DNA of 63,829 nucleotides, filler included, from Octopus bimaculoides (taxonomy: Eukaryota): the NCBI RefSeq assembly GCF_001194135.2. It is 7 parts of 7 records of this genome, joined end to end, with 100 filler letters (N's around TTAATTAATTAA, not from the genome) between each part and the next. Parts side by side here need not be neighbours in the genome. Positions count along the whole stretch, not along the records: positions 61,770 to 63,829 come from NC_069009.1; 6 more parts are not named here. The stretch is one strand, 5' to 3'. The notes below the pieces were generated by a model. It was given only the letters and a program-made list of their open reading frames with translations, ran no database searches and was not told where the DNA came from. Positions 62,676 through 63,829 of the stretch are shown here, piece after piece. A program made the translations under genes and the position numbers. Positions within the stretch are counted from its first letter, which is position 1; each line of letters opens with the position of its first letter.

Positions 62676-63533
62676 TAGTTTTATTTTTATCAGGTGCTTT
62701 CACTGCACTACCGAGCACAGCTTTGTGTGCCTTGGGTATATGCTGTGGTTTGTTGTGGTGCTCTTATTTTCACTGTATTAAAAGTGCTTTACGTAGGATG
62801 TGCACAATGCCTAGTGGTGCTATTTTCTGTATGTTATACACATTCTTAAGTCCTGGTGTTTTGGTTGTGTATTTCTCTCGGTGTCTCTTAATAATACCTA
62901 ATGCACCTATTTTTATAGGAACTATTTCTGTTTTTTGGATCCACATTTGGGTTATCTCTATTTTCAGATCTTTGTATTTTGAGAGTTTCTCTGTTTCTTT
63001 TAGAGAAATATTATCATCTGACGGTGTTGATACATCAATTAGAAAGCAATTTTTCTTGGTGATCTGCGACAACTATATCTGGCCTATTGGCCTTAATTTC
63101 TTTGTGTGTGTTGGCATATGCCAGAGTATGGTTGCTTTCTCATTTTCTGTGACCTTTTCTGGCATGTGCCTATACCATCTTTTTTCTGTTGTTATTCCAT
63201 AGTGTTGGCATAGTTTCCAGTGTATATAGGTCCCAGCTCTGTCGTGTCTGTGAATATATTCCTTCTTAACCAGGACTGAGCAGCCAGAGACAATATGATT
63301 TTATTGTTTCTTGTCCATCACCACATATTCTGCAGTTACTTGTATTTCTTTTCATTCCATGTGTTTTGGTAATTTCTGGTGGGGAGGCTTTGATCTTGTG
63401 CTGTAATTAAAAATCCTTCAGTCTCTGCTTTGAGTCCTGAGCTTCTCAACCATTGTTGGGATTTTGCTTTGTCTATTTCTTTTTTACTTAGTTTAACCCA
63501 GTATTTGCTATGAAGGGACTTTTCTTGCCATCG
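62670..63533 (-). mobile_element. Dong/R4 LINE 3' third (CCHC knuckle + restriction-like endonuclease)
   Basis: ETEG...AQDQSL, CRICGDGQETI.HIVSGC, YIHRHD, LIDVSTPSDDN..KE.EKLSKYKDL motifs; frameshifted. Confidence 0.92.
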
Positions 63534-63829
63534 ATTTGACTGAGGACTGGCGAACCAGATGGCTGCACCAGGCTCCGATCTGATCTGGCAGAGTTTCTAC
63601 AGCTGGATGCCCTTCCTAACGCCAACCACTCCAAGAGTGTAGTGGGTGCTTTTACATGCCACCGGCATGAGGGCCAGTTGGGCGGTACTGGCAACGGCCA
63701 TGCTCAAATGGTGTTTTTTAGGTGCCACCTGCACAGGAACCAGTCCAGCGGCACTTGCAATGACCTTGCTTGAATGTTTTTTTGCGTGCCACTGGCACAA
63801 GTGCCAGTAAGGCGACGCAGGTAAGGATC
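63534..63829 (-). mobile_element. RTE 3' UTR fragment fused to the 5' end of the Dong copy; runs off the window
   Basis: Matches 5010-5310 but lacks the terminal ~40 nt and tail. Confidence 0.85.

Overview
AT-rich, gap-ridden eukaryotic genomic DNA with dense microsatellites, tRNA-derived SINEs and LINE/DNA-transposon relics. The repeat families suggest a coleoid cephalopod, probably Octopus (inference, not verified). I assembled three spliced genes by hand from splice signals and phase. (1) A complete 5-exon CENP-V/GFA-family gene on + (31461-38264, 137 aa). (2) A convergent 3-coding-exon CCDC92-like gene on - (48589-43009, 372 aa), including a 51-nt exon missed by the ORF track. (3) An unidentified + strand gene with exons at about 11361, 12136, 13476 and 14747. 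Most ORFs in the supplied track are microsatellite, gap or TE artefacts. The most interesting signals are RNA structures clustered on the unidentified gene. Its 11361-11421 exon forms one arm of a ~47-bp imperfect hairpin with the downstream intron, covering the 5' splice site and placing a Lys-codon A opposite a C mismatch (candidate ADAR recoding/ECS structure). Its probable 3' UTR carries a type I hammerhead ribozyme fold (16055-16098) and a 28-bp near-perfect stem-loop (16489-16568). Other observations: further hammerhead-like motifs, tandem D-boxes in a candidate promoter, head-to-head and fold-back retrotransposon junctions, Dong/R4 LINEs embedded in (TAA)n, and an in-frame chimera of two Tc1/mariner transposase families. 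All identifications are by eye; no searches or folding were run.
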